Virus record (IMG/VR): IMGVR_UViG_3300046002_006203
Coordinates: 1 to 60,258 of that record
Direction: 5' to 3' (one strand)
DNA: 60,258 nucleotides
DNA from: a virus
Taxonomy: Duplodnaviria; Caudoviricetes
Under the pieces are notes generated by a model, which did not search any database, was not told where the DNA came from, and worked only from the letters and a program-made list of their open reading frames with translations. Made by a program: the position numbers and the translations under genes. Of the stretch, positions 9,452 to 18,734 are shown piece after piece; the first letter of the stretch is position 1; every line of letters starts with the position of its first letter.

Positions 9452-9777
9452 AATGCTACATCCCCATCAATGCCGGTGGCGGATTCCAGATCATGCGCGG
9501 GCAGCGGGTTTGCCTCGCGGTATGCCGTGACCAGATCGAACACGCGGCCCCATCCGCCCAATGCCTCAAGGCCGTCCTCTGCCGCGTGGGGGTCCATCAC
9601 CAGAGCGCGGGCCAGCAGGGTTTCGAGTTCGGCAATGCGGGCGGCAGTTCCAGCGGGGTGCGCTTCCCATTCGGCGGAACTGTCATTGCCTCGCGCAAGG
9701 TCTACGCCGATCACCAAAGGGTGTTCGGCATGTGTCCCCGCCTTCACCTTCTCGGCCAGCCGTGTGAGAGCGCTCAT
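9448..9777 (-). CDS. Hypothetical protein
   Basis: GGAGG-type RBS; coupled overlaps. Confidence 0.6.
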   Translation of the reverse strand: MSALTRLAEKVKAGTHAEHPLVIGVDLARGNDSSAEWEAHPAGTAARIAELETLLARALVMDPHAAEDGLEALGGWGRVFDLVTAYREANPLPAHDLESATGIDGDVAF

Positions 9778-10295
9778 GCGTCACCGCCATTCACGGCGGC
9801 AAGAGCGGCGCGCAAATCGAGAACCGCGCCAGACATCAGACGCAGCAGTTCAACAACTGGAATGTCGGGCTTTAAGGCATCGGTCAGATCACGCTCGGCA
9901 CGCTCTGCTGCCTCCACCAGCGCCGCATCTGTCTGCGCGTCACGGGGGTCGGGCCGCATGTCTATGGTGGATCGAATGGCGGCTTCATTGTGCGCGTCAG
10001 CGGCGGCAATGGCGGCATCGTTGTCTACGCACTCTATCCATTTCTCGCCGTCAAACCATTGCCCATCGACAACGCTGTAAGAACCAAGAAGCCCTGTTAT
10101 AGCGTTATGGCATCCGTTGCTTTCCTCCCACACCAGCGGCTTGACCGTCACCCGCTGACGGCAATCAGCGTTGACGGCAGGATCGGCGGTCTGGCTGGCG
10201 GCAACGGCGGGGATGGCATTTATTCTTTTTTGTGAGATGTATGGCGATGCAGCAAGCGCATCACCGCGCCGGATCAGATCGTCTGAATTGGTCAT
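9774..10295 (-). CDS. Hypothetical phage protein
   Basis: GGAGG RBS; DDLIRRGDAL and VKPLVWE motifs typical of phage early genes. Confidence 0.65.
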   Translation of the reverse strand: MTNSDDLIRRGDALAASPYISQKRINAIPAVAASQTADPAVNADCRQRVTVKPLVWEESNGCHNAITGLLGSYSVVDGQWFDGEKWIECVDNDAAIAAADAHNEAAIRSTIDMRPDPRDAQTDAALVEAAERAERDLTDALKPDIPVVELLRLMSGAVLDLRAALAAVNGGDA

Positions 10296-10477
10296 AGCCA
10301 TGTTCCTCCGTAAAAAACCAACGCGATACCACCGAGAAACATCGCAATTCCAAAGACAAATGCACTGGTGGTGTCATTCCTACTGCCGCCATATGTTGGC
10401 ATTGCGCCCGCGATGAATGTGAGAACACCGACAGCCGATAGAAGAACGCCAAGGATACCTATCAAAATCCCCATCAC
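10292..10477 (-). CDS. Small two-TM membrane protein
   Basis: Two hydrophobic segments; coupled overlaps. Confidence 0.6.
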   Translation of the reverse strand: MMGILIGILGVLLSAVGVLTFIAGAMPTYGGSRNDTTSAFVFGIAMFLGGIALVFYGGTWL

Positions 10478-10830
10478 ACCCCACCTTTCTCAATCTCGGC
10501 CAGCACGGCGCGGGCTTCGTCCTCACAGTTGTCGCTGGCCCCTTCGGCCATCTTCCGCAGCGCCTCCACCGCCTTCGCCAGTTTGGCCTTGGTGTCGCGA
10601 GCCTCCCACGCAGCGTTCAGTGCATCGACAACCCATTGCTGCATGTCTGCCTGCATCTGTGACGCCGTGGCCATGTCCATACCAAGCGCAGCGTGGCCCT
10701 TGCCTGTCAGGTATCCCCAACCGCGCTGGTCCAGAACGTGACAATCGTCGCCGTGCTTATCCTTACCGACGATCCGACCAGTGCCTTTGATGATCTTGAA
10801 CGGCCCATCGCAAAATGGTTTCGCGCTCAT
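10474..10830 (-). CDS. Hypothetical phage protein
   Basis: AAGGAG RBS; RGWGYLTGKG..ALG motif. Confidence 0.65.
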   Translation of the reverse strand: MSAKPFCDGPFKIIKGTGRIVGKDKHGDDCHVLDQRGWGYLTGKGHAALGMDMATASQMQADMQQWVVDALNAAWEARDTKAKLAKAVEALRKMAEGASDNCEDEARAVLAEIEKGGV

Positions 10831-11306
10831 GCTTTTGCTCCTTTGATTGCGGCGCGGATAACTTGTTGGCACATAGACCAGTCTCCCGAAACGCCACGGA
10901 TTACATTCGCCGCCTCCCGCATCCCCTGTTCCCGCGCTTCTGCCCGCACAGCGTCCAGCGCGGCGGATTGGTAGGGGGTGGCGAGGGCGCGGATTTCATT
11001 TTCAATATCAATAGCCGTTACTCTGGCTGTGTTGGTATGACTGAATGGCCCTCCGGCTGGTGCAGGAGTATTCTTGTGCGCTTCCTGTGCCGCCCGCTCA
11101 TACGCCGCAGCGGTTTCGGCGCGGGATTGCGTCAGGGCGGAATTATCCAAAAGCGCCTCAAGGTCTGACGCCAGAAGCACCACTTCACCATCGCACCCAA
11201 CGTCATACGAGTGGATATCCCCGTATGCGGTCTGCGCGGATTTCTTCCTGCGCTCAAGGTATGCTGCGACTCTCAGCCGTGCGTTCAGATCATCGGTCAT
11301 GGTCAC
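10827..11306 (-). CDS. Hypothetical protein
   Basis: Coupled overlaps. Confidence 0.6.
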   Translation of the reverse strand: MTMTDDLNARLRVAAYLERRKKSAQTAYGDIHSYDVGCDGEVVLLASDLEALLDNSALTQSRAETAAAYERAAQEAHKNTPAPAGGPFSHTNTARVTAIDIENEIRALATPYQSAALDAVRAEAREQGMREAANVIRGVSGDWSMCQQVIRAAIKGAKA

Positions 11307-11521
11307 TCCCCCAGCAAAATGGTGACGCGATCAGCCCGATATCCGAGCCGGTCCATCTGTTCGCGCCACAGGGCGAGATCCTCTGGGCGGCCAAGGTGGG
11401 TGTTCATGGCGCTGATTGCCTCATGCCGTGTGCGGCGCACTGTCGAGGCGAAGATGATGCGCTCTCCCGTTCCCTTCTTGGGGCGCGTAACGGCCCATGC
11501 TGTGATTTTTCCGGTGTCCAA
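11303..11521 (-). CDS. Hypothetical protein (probable TTG start)
   Basis: GAAGGGG upstream of TTG; the longer start would run through the att arm repeats. Confidence 0.5.
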   Translation of the reverse strand: MDTGKITAWAVTRPKKGTGERIIFASTVRRTRHEAISAMNTHLGRPEDLALWREQMDRLGYRADRVTILLGE

Positions 11522-11545
11522 GGAGTTGCCCCTTCGCTCTTGTGT

Positions 11546-11765
11546 TGCGACACACTTTGCATCACAATCAGCGACACGGCAAGCTATACTGTCCTTATTT
11601 TGTTGCATTTATTTTTAAGTAGGAAGGACTGTCTCTCCGCCATCATCCCGCTGCATCGCAAACGATAACGCCTTGATAATAAAGGTAATTTATCGTCTAA
11701 AAGCCTCCAGCAGCAAAGTTTTCAGCAAAAAGTGCAGCACATCACGCTACACAATCGGCACTACA
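11546..11765. other. Candidate attP: core CTGTCTCTCCGCCA (11629-11642, tRNA-Ser-like 3' end) flanked by two triads of arm-type repeats
   Basis: Directly upstream of int; triads of tGCnnCACa at a 12-bp period at 11546/11558/11570 and 11733/11745/11757. Confidence 0.7.
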
Positions 11766-11808
11766 TGCCCCCTTGAAAACTCCCTCGGAGTTGTCGCAAA
11801 GTGCGAAC

Positions 11809-13077
11809 ATGAAACTCATGCGCCGCAACGAAACCCTCCATATCCGCAAGCGAGTCCCACGACGCTATCGCAGCATCGAGGAGCGCGAGTTCTTCTGGGT
11901 TTCGCTGCACACCGACAGCGAGGCGGTGGCGCGGCAGAAGGCGCCGATCATCTGGGCGGAAATGATCGAGGCTTGGGAGTCCAAACTGGCTGGTGACACC
12001 TCAGATGCGGATGCGCGGATCGCGGCGGCCAAGAACTTGGCGGCAAGGCGCGGGTATCGCTACCTTGACGCTCTATCAGTCGCCCGCCTGCCAATCGCGG
12101 AATTGATCGACCGGATCGAGCATGTTGTCACGCCAAGCGGAAAGGCTGACGTGATCGAAGCGGATGCGCTGCTCGGTGCAACCCCGCAGCCTGAAATCAC
12201 CGTGACAAAGGCGCTGGATCAATTCTGGACCATCGCCAAGGCAAAGACACTGGGCAAGTCCGAAGATCAGATCCGGCGCTGGGAAAACCCGCGCAAGAAG
12301 GCGGTGGCAAACTTCGTCAAGATCATGGGAAACCTGCCCATCGCGTCGATCACCACCTATGACATGGTGCGATTCCGCGAGTGGTGGGTGGACCGGATCG
12401 CGGCGGGCGAGGTCAGCGCCAACAGCGCCAACAAAGACCTGATCCACCTGACTGCGATGATCCGCGATGTGGCGCGCGCCAATGATCTGAAACTGTCCTT
12501 CTCCACCGAAAAGCTGATGTTGGACGAGGGCAAGAAGAACCAGCGGCCCGCGTTCTCGCCGGAATGGATCAAGGATCGGCTCTTGGCCCCCAAGGCGCTG
12601 GACGGCCTCAACGCCGAGGCGCGCTGTATCATGCTTGGCATGGTGAATACCGGCTACCGGCCCAGCGAAGGCGCCATGCTGACGGCGGCCCAGATCCGAC
12701 TGGACGGGCCGGTTCCCTACATTCAGATTGAGGCAGTCGGCCGCCAGCTTAAATCCCACAACGCGGAGCGCCGGATTCCCCTCACTGGGGTAAGCCTTGA
12801 GGCGTTCCGGCTGTTCCCCAACGGCTTCCCGCGCTATGCCGACAACCCGTCGCTGTCCGATACGGTGAACAAGTTCCTGCGCGAGAACAAGCTGATGGAA
12901 ACGGATCAGCACACGCTTTACGGCCTGCGCCACTCGTTTGAGGACCGGCTCTTGGCCGCCGGTGTCGATGAACGGATCAGGCGCGATCTTATGGGCCATT
13001 CGCTTGATCGAGAGCGTTACGGCAAGGGCGCGACGCTGGAGCATCTGGCAGCCCTGCTGGAGCCTATCGCGCTTTAG
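11809..13077 (+). CDS. int: Tyrosine integrase (alphaproteobacterial type with N-terminal arm-binding domain)
   Basis: TGYRPSE (R), LKS..AER (K), YGLRHSF (H-x-x-R-like box II), LMGH, C-terminal Y (RYG). Confidence 0.93.
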   Translation: MKLMRRNETLHIRKRVPRRYRSIEEREFFWVSLHTDSEAVARQKAPIIWAEMIEAWESKLAGDTSDADARIAAAKNLAARRGYRYLDALSVARLPIAELIDRIEHVVTPSGKADVIEADALLGATPQPEITVTKALDQFWTIAKAKTLGKSEDQIRRWENPRKKAVANFVKIMGNLPIASITTYDMVRFREWWVDRIAAGEVSANSANKDLIHLTAMIRDVARANDLKLSFSTEKLMLDEGKKNQRPAFSPEWIKDRLLAPKALDGLNAEARCIMLGMVNTGYRPSEGAMLTAAQIRLDGPVPYIQIEAVGRQLKSHNAERRIPLTGVSLEAFRLFPNGFPRYADNPSLSDTVNKFLRENKLMETDQHTLYGLRHSFEDRLLAAGVDERIRRDLMGHSLDRERYGKGATLEHLAALLEPIAL

Positions 13078-13253
13078 GTGGCAGCAATCAAAGCGCGGGC
13101 GCGGGTCAGCGGATCAGCAGATGCGCGCGCCTCGGCCTTCTCAATTTCATCCACAAGGCGCTCAATGATCGGCTTTACGGCGGGCCGCTTGGCATAAAGT
13201 TCGAGGACCACAGACAGGCTGCGGCGCAGGCGCCCAATATCATCCACGTCCAT
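13074..13253 (-). CDS. Small helical protein convergent with int (possible recombination directionality factor)
   Basis: 59 aa, overlaps the int stop; paralogous to 27126..27272. Confidence 0.6.
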   Translation of the reverse strand: MDVDDIGRLRRSLSVVLELYAKRPAVKPIIERLVDEIEKAEARASADPLTRARALIAAT

Positions 13254-13377
13254 GCCCCTTCTTTCCTGTAACAACTTTCAAAGAGGTATCCCCTTTTGAT
13301 TTCATCTGATCCAATTCGGCGCGTAGGGCCGAAACCTGATCGAAAAGCATAAGGATGGCCTGCTGTTCAGGCGTCAT
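13240..13377 (-). CDS. Hypothetical coiled-coil protein
   Basis: AGAGGA RBS; 45 aa. Confidence 0.5.
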   Translation of the reverse strand: MTPEQQAILMLFDQVSALRAELDQMKSKGDTSLKVVTGKKGHGRG

Positions 13378-13396
13378 GCCATCCTCTTTGAGTGGA

Positions 13397-13591
13397 TCAT
13401 TCGACCAGCCGAACATCATCAACCGGCGCATCGGTGTCGTAATACTCGGCATCGCAGACAGGGCAGCGCCAGACCGATTCTGACGCGGGCCACTTGTCGC
13501 CGCCCCTGCATCCTTCGCAGTCCTGATCGGCATAGTGTTCATCGGCTGCGATCATGTTTCCGTCGAGCGGGTGGCGGTCAGGGTGCGCCAT
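13397..13591 (-). CDS. Small Zn-ribbon protein
   Basis: CEGC...WRCPVC. Confidence 0.6.
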   Translation of the reverse strand: MAHPDRHPLDGNMIAADEHYADQDCEGCRGGDKWPASESVWRCPVCDAEYYDTDAPVDDVRLVE

Positions 13592-13787
13592 TGGTTTCAT
13601 CCTTCATCTGGCGGCGCGTCACCATGAACAGGCCTTTCGGACCAGTCCCGCACTTCGGGCAACGCGCGGCCTTGGTTGATTTGGAAAACTCCTTCACGTC
13701 CATCGGGAAGCGGCCAGCCACGATGTATTCGTCGCAGGGCTTGCACCAGATATTCAGGTTCTTTGGGTCGAGGGGTTCGGTTGTCAT
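13578..13787 (-). CDS. Small Zn-ribbon protein
   Basis: CKPC...CPKC. Confidence 0.6.
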   Translation of the reverse strand: MTTEPLDPKNLNIWCKPCDEYIVAGRFPMDVKEFSKSTKAARCPKCGTGPKGLFMVTRRQMKDETNGAP

Positions 13788-14173
13788 GCGCCTTCTCCGC
13801 GCAAGATTGGCAGCATGGCGTCGATGCGCTTGGCAGCCTCGCTCTGTGACATGCCGTCCTCCCAAAGCAGGGCGAGGACTTCGCGCAACTCGCGTTCTAT
13901 GGGGCCATAAGTTTCATGGGCAATGGCGCGCACAGCCCGCTGCCGCGTGCGCTGCATTGCACTGTCCCCACCCTGACTCGTTCTGATTTCTTGTTCAGCA
14001 ATGCGCTGATCGAAGAACATATCGGCGTGAAAGCGCACGATTACATCATGCAAGCATTCATCTGTGCTGCTTTCATCTTTCACGGAAAAGACGCGTGACG
14101 GTTTCATGCGCCACGGCGCAATCCCAAGGATCTTGTGGCGAAGGTGCGTTATGAACGGAAGTTCCATAGTCAT
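13784..14173 (-). CDS. Hypothetical protein
   Basis: GGAGGT RBS; coupled overlaps. Confidence 0.6.
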   Translation of the reverse strand: MTMELPFITHLRHKILGIAPWRMKPSRVFSVKDESSTDECLHDVIVRFHADMFFDQRIAEQEIRTSQGGDSAMQRTRQRAVRAIAHETYGPIERELREVLALLWEDGMSQSEAAKRIDAMLPILRGEGA

Positions 14174-14664
14174 GCCGCACCTCCCATCACAGCGCGCGCG
14201 TGCCTGCCGCCGACTGGATGCCTTCCGACGCAATCGACCATTTCAGCATTGATGAACTGCGCCTGTTCGGAGCGGGCGGCCACCTCCAAGGCGCGGCGCA
14301 GTCTAATTTGCATGAAGTCATTCAGATGAATGACATTGCTTTTCCGGCCAGTTGGACGGCGTGAAAGCCCAAGGCGCGCAACGTGATTTCTGACGGTTCT
14401 CGCGCTGACGCGAAAATGCTGCGCGATTTCAACAAGCATGACGCCATCGTTCCACATTTGCTCGAACAGATTGCTGTCGGAAATTGATGGGACCGGCCCC
14501 ATTGGCCGATGCGGAAGCCCCCTGCATTCGGCGCGGCTCGTCACGGCAGCGCCGCTGATCCCTAGAATGGAGCCGACTTCGGCAAGCGTCAGACTCCGAT
14601 CCCCCCATAGGCGGCGAAACTCGGCATCGCTTACAGACTTCCCGCGTTTGCGATTGTCAGCCAT
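14170..14664 (-). CDS. Tandem HTH DNA-binding protein
   Basis: Two HTH-like repeats (LAEVGSILGISGAAV; LVEIAQHFRVSARTV). Confidence 0.7.
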   Translation of the reverse strand: MADNRKRGKSVSDAEFRRLWGDRSLTLAEVGSILGISGAAVTSRAECRGLPHRPMGPVPSISDSNLFEQMWNDGVMLVEIAQHFRVSARTVRNHVARLGLSRRPTGRKSNVIHLNDFMQIRLRRALEVAARSEQAQFINAEMVDCVGRHPVGGRHARAVMGGAA

Positions 14665-15628
14665 TCCCGCCCCCGATCTGCGGGAAGCCGTTGTGTTCGA
14701 CGCCATCCAGAAGGCGACCGGCGCGGGCTTTGCCGATGCGGCGCGTGGCCTGCTGCGCTGTTGCTGTGCCGCGCGCAACTGCGCGCTGATCTTCGCCGTG
14801 CCAAGGCTGTCCGGTCGGCTTGAGATCTAGCCCAAAGGCGGGACCATATTCCCCCCACTGCTTAAACAGGAAAGCCACGCCAGCCGCCGCGCATTGATCG
14901 CGCAGGGACCGCGCCCAATCTGGGTGCATCGGGCGGGCATGGGGGCCGCTCTCGCCGCCGACGATCACCCAGTCGATAGGCCACATTACCTTGATACCAT
15001 GAGCGGCATTCATTTGGCGCAGATCCACCGGCCCCAGCAACGGCTCTGCGCTGATGAAGCGCACGGCGGCGGGGCAGGCCAGCAGATGCGGGATGCGAAG
15101 ATCTGCGCTTGCCTGATCGCTGATCGAGGTTCCAAGCCAGACGTTACGCAGCGGCCAGTGGTCACGCTGCGCCTCGGCTGTGCCGCGCGCCAAAACCTCT
15201 GTCGGCAGGACTGCGGCCCATGCTGGGCCTGTCAGGTATTTCCGCGCCCGCTCTGGGCGTTTGGTCAGAACCTGAAACGTGTGCTGCGGGGCCAGCGCCA
15301 TGACGGCGAACACGCGGTCCAGCCATTCATCCGGCACGTTTTCGTGGAACAGATCGCCGTGGGCGCAGACGAAAATCTTGCGCGGCTTTTTCCAGCGCAG
15401 GGGCTGGTCGAGCCATTGCTCGTTGAACCGAACCTCGCCCGTGAACTTGGACTCCCCCGCCGCGTTCTTGCGCGCCAGCCCCTTGCGGCTGGGGTGGTTG
15501 CCGATGGCGGGCCATGACGTGATCAGGTGCGCGGCATAGCAATGGCGGCAGCCCTCATCGACCAAGGTGCAGCCGGTGATGATGTTCCACGTTGCGTCAG
15601 TCCACTCGATCTTGGATGTGTCAGCCAT
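14657..15628 (-). CDS. Phage Gp37/Gp68 (DUF5131) family protein
   Basis: SKIEWTDATWN..GC....GC.HCYA; FQVLTKRP; ISAEPLLGP; WVIVGGESG; FKQWGE. Confidence 0.92.
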   Translation of the reverse strand: MADTSKIEWTDATWNIITGCTLVDEGCRHCYAAHLITSWPAIGNHPSRKGLARKNAAGESKFTGEVRFNEQWLDQPLRWKKPRKIFVCAHGDLFHENVPDEWLDRVFAVMALAPQHTFQVLTKRPERARKYLTGPAWAAVLPTEVLARGTAEAQRDHWPLRNVWLGTSISDQASADLRIPHLLACPAAVRFISAEPLLGPVDLRQMNAAHGIKVMWPIDWVIVGGESGPHARPMHPDWARSLRDQCAAAGVAFLFKQWGEYGPAFGLDLKPTGQPWHGEDQRAVARGTATAQQATRRIGKARAGRLLDGVEHNGFPQIGGGNG

Positions 15629-15894
15629 TACTGCATCCCCAGCGCGGATTTATACATTTCGAGAACTGCCTCTTCCTCGGCCACCTCGTCGGGCTTGCGC
15701 TTCCGCAGGGCGATCACCTTCCGCATGATCTTGGTGTCGTAGCCACGACCCTTTGCTTCCGCGAAGAGTTCCTTCTCCTGCTCGGCAATGTCCTTTTTCT
15801 CGGCAGCCAGTTGCTCGGCGCGCTCGATGAACTGGCGCAACTCGTCGGCTGTGACGCTGTAGGCATCGCCTGAATTGTGTCCGGTGGTTGCCAT
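15628..15894 (-). CDS. gapR: GapR-like (DUF2312) DNA-binding protein
   Basis: LRQFIERAEQL..EKKDI...EAKGRGYDTKIMRKVIALRKR..EEEAVLEMYKSALGM. Confidence 0.9.
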   Translation of the reverse strand: MATTGHNSGDAYSVTADELRQFIERAEQLAAEKKDIAEQEKELFAEAKGRGYDTKIMRKVIALRKRKPDEVAEEEAVLEMYKSALGMQ

Positions 15895-16289
15895 TACGGC
15901 TTGCTCCTTGGTGTTCTGGGTTCGCTGATGGTTTCGCCGGTCTGCCGAAGCGTGACCTTTCCGTTCAGGCTCTTGCGGAACTTGCTGGCCTTGGACCCAG
16001 CGACGATATGTCGGGTCTGGCGATATTCGCCGTTGTGCTTCTTGGCGACGCGCTTGGCCTTGGCGATGCGAGTCACATCCTGCTTGGTCTTGACCGCGTG
16101 GCAATGGACGTGGGCAGGCTTGAGGTTCGTCAGATCCTCCTTGCCGCCAAGGGCGAAGGGAACCTGATGTTCGACTTCCATCTTCTCCGTGGCGAGGTCG
16201 ATCACCTCGCCACAGATATGACAGCGGCCATCCGCAGCCTCGTAGATTGCGAAGCGCATTGCCTTGCTGATGCTGCGGCGCTTTGCCAT
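15894..16289 (-). CDS. HNH endonuclease
   Basis: CHIC...EVEH..LGG...NL..AHVHCH..KT. Confidence 0.85.
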   Translation of the reverse strand: MAKRRSISKAMRFAIYEAADGRCHICGEVIDLATEKMEVEHQVPFALGGKEDLTNLKPAHVHCHAVKTKQDVTRIAKAKRVAKKHNGEYRQTRHIVAGSKASKFRKSLNGKVTLRQTGETISEPRTPRSKP

Positions 16290-17560
16290 TAGCCGCGCGC
16301 CTTCACTTCGATATCCATCTTGGTGCCTTCTTCCATCAGTATGGAGTGCAGCACCGGCTTTTCGTCGCGCCAGCGGTCCAGATCACCGGACCAAAGGTCC
16401 ATCGCGTTCTCCATGCCGCCCATGGCATCAATGTCGGCAAGGAACTGCTTCACGGTCGAACCTGAGCGGATTGCGTCCTCGTCCTCGGCGGGAGGCGCAT
16501 CGGTTTCTTCGGTCACTTCCACCGCGTCTTCGGCCTCGGCCACGTCCTGCGCGTCGAACAGATCGGCCTTCACCTCTTGCTTGGCCTCTTCCTGCTTGGC
16601 GCGGGCTGCTGCGTCGCGCTTGTCCTGCATGGCTTGGCGGGCAGCATCGTCGGCGCGGTTGATCTCAGCGTCGCTGTGGTCAGCCTCTTTCTGGGCCTCT
16701 TTAGCCTCGTCCTTCACCTCGGCAGGCTTGGGTTTCGTCTCGGCGGTTGCGCGCCGCGCTGTGCCGCGTGCGGCCTCGGCTGCCTTTGCCGCGCCGGTCA
16801 CGGCTGGGAAGTATTCCTCAACGGTCGCTTCCTTGGCCCGAATGTCCCGATAGATCGTCGTGAGCGTGCCGATTTCTTCCAGCCCGATATCGTCAAGCCC
16901 CTGCACTTCGAGGCAAGAGAAGATCTGATCCGGCGTGATGCCCCAAGCCGCAAACGCCTTGATCGCCTCGTCGCGGCGCACCACAAGGGTTTTCACATCG
17001 CCCTTGATTACATGCTCGGCGGCCTCATAAGCCTTGCGCCAGATCGCTTTCGGCACGCCTTTCAGGACCGCCTCGCGCAGCGCCACAGATGCGGCAGCAT
17101 TTCCGGTCACGGCGATCATGTCGTCATTGAACAGCTTGCCGTTCCTGTCGCTGATCCGGCGCTGGACTTGCGCCACCCGCTTCATGCCGGTTTCGAGGTC
17201 GTGGAACACGCCTTCCGCGATCACCACCTTCTCCATCCGGTCCACCGCGACCACGCGGCTGCCGATCTGGCAGTTGCCCCACTGGGAGGCGATGATTTCG
17301 GCCAAGCGGACGGACGGGCCGGTGATCGGCTTGCCGCCACGGGGGAGCGCGTAAACGCATTCCTGCGCGGTTTCAGAGTCCAGCGTTGCCAGCGACAGGA
17401 TATTGGTCATGGCGCGCTGGATCGAGCGCGGATAGGCCTTTGCCGTGGTCACGGCCTGATTGAGTTCGGCGGTGGCGAGTTGCACCACCATTGCCGTTCC
17501 GCCCGTTTCGATGGGGGCTTTCGCTTCGCCGGTGTCAAACCGTGCGTCAAGGTTCTGCAT
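16289..17560 (-). CDS. Conserved-looking early protein, possible recombination or annealing protein
   Basis: 423 aa; globular N-terminus with an acidic, Ala-rich tail; recombination-module position. Confidence 0.5.
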   Translation of the reverse strand: MQNLDARFDTGEAKAPIETGGTAMVVQLATAELNQAVTTAKAYPRSIQRAMTNILSLATLDSETAQECVYALPRGGKPITGPSVRLAEIIASQWGNCQIGSRVVAVDRMEKVVIAEGVFHDLETGMKRVAQVQRRISDRNGKLFNDDMIAVTGNAAASVALREAVLKGVPKAIWRKAYEAAEHVIKGDVKTLVVRRDEAIKAFAAWGITPDQIFSCLEVQGLDDIGLEEIGTLTTIYRDIRAKEATVEEYFPAVTGAAKAAEAARGTARRATAETKPKPAEVKDEAKEAQKEADHSDAEINRADDAARQAMQDKRDAAARAKQEEAKQEVKADLFDAQDVAEAEDAVEVTEETDAPPAEDEDAIRSGSTVKQFLADIDAMGGMENAMDLWSGDLDRWRDEKPVLHSILMEEGTKMDIEVKARG

Positions 17561-17571
17561 TGGATCGGTCC

Positions 17572-18348
17572 TTATGCTGCGGAGGTGGTGGTGTGGCGGG
17601 TGACGCCCTTGATCGAGCCTTCAACCCAGTCCTTCGAGCGCACAGCCTGATTGGCGAGGCGTTGAAGCAACTCGGCCACCTCGGGGTGTTCGCGGAAGTG
17701 CATGTAGACGGCGTTCTGGCTCTCGATCTTGGCGTAGGCAGTTTCCCGAAGGCTCATGCCGCGCCCTGCGCCGGTGGCGCTGTCCACCTTGGCGCGGGCT
17801 GCGGGCTTTTCGGCCTTCTTCTGTTCCTTGGCTGCGTCCTCTTTGGCCTTCTCAGCCTCGGCCAGCGCCAGAGAGTCGCCGCGCGATTCCGCCAACTGGG
17901 CAGCGGCAAACGCATCTGCGGCGGCCTTGCGGGCAGCGGCGGCGCGTTCTTCCTGCTCACGCTTGAGGCGCGCGTCTTCTTCAATCAGCCATGCGGCGCT
18001 GATTGCCTTCTGCTTCTCGGCAGCCTTGGTCAGCGCGGCGGTAAAGACCGTGAAAGCGTCCTGCACGGCCTGCGCGTTGTCGTCGTGCGGCTTCTTCTCG
18101 TCCTTGCGGATGCCATCGACCACCTTGAAGCCTTCGCGCAAGGCGGCCACCACGTCAGCAACCTCTTGCGCGTGATCGGCGTCCTTGATCGGGCCGCGTG
18201 CGGTCATTTCATCGGCGCGCTTCAACAGCGTGGCGGCGGTGGCCTTGGCCTTCTCAAGCGATTCAGGCTTGAACGGCGGCGCGGGCGGCGGGTTGTTTCC
18301 TCCCATCACAGCGCGCGGGTTTTCGGTTTCTGCGGATTCAACAGTCAT
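17572..18348 (-). CDS. Coiled-coil phage protein (GGNNPP motif)
   Basis: 258 aa, helical; recombination-module position. Confidence 0.65.
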   Translation of the reverse strand: MTVESAETENPRAVMGGNNPPPAPPFKPESLEKAKATAATLLKRADEMTARGPIKDADHAQEVADVVAALREGFKVVDGIRKDEKKPHDDNAQAVQDAFTVFTAALTKAAEKQKAISAAWLIEEDARLKREQEERAAAARKAAADAFAAAQLAESRGDSLALAEAEKAKEDAAKEQKKAEKPAARAKVDSATGAGRGMSLRETAYAKIESQNAVYMHFREHPEVAELLQRLANQAVRSKDWVEGSIKGVTRHTTTSAA

Positions 18349-18734
18349 TGCGGCTTCACTCCTTGGGTGATGAGGTCAATTTTGCGGTAGGGATCGTGCA
18401 TGGCCGGTGTCGCGGCGATGCGGGCGAACAGGGTGCGGTATTCGGGGGCGGTGATCGGCGTCAGCCACGTCCAGAGGTCGGCAAGCTGGGTCTGGGTCAG
18501 CGGGTTCCCGTTGATTTCGCCACAGATCCGTTCGGGGGCGGTCAACTCGCCGGTTTCCTCGTCAATCTCGCGCTGGCAGAAGATCTGCACGGCAGCCCAT
18601 GGGCCACCCTTGCGAAGCCGCGTGCGAAACCAGCCACACTCAGGAAGCCCCTCGAATGTCGCAGGGCTGTCACCGGCCACGGCGGCGCGGTGCCATGCGT
18701 AAAGCTGGGCGGCTGGCGAGGGCTGGCGGATCAT
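18345..18734 (-). CDS. Hypothetical phage protein
   Basis: PECGWFRTRLRKGGPW motif; coupled overlap. Confidence 0.65.
   Translation of the reverse strand: MIRQPSPAAQLYAWHRAAVAGDSPATFEGLPECGWFRTRLRKGGPWAAVQIFCQREIDEETGELTAPERICGEINGNPLTQTQLADLWTWLTPITAPEYRTLFARIAATPAMHDPYRKIDLITQGVKPQ

Noticed and set aside
11629-11642. tRNA gene
   Set aside because: Only a 14-nt 3'-end-like match; no T-loop, anticodon or D arm upstream. Treated as an att core.
11809-13077. Independent mobile element inserted in the phage
   Set aside because: No flanking repeats seen; it is the only integrase and sits beside attP-like sites in a genome with cI/cro.
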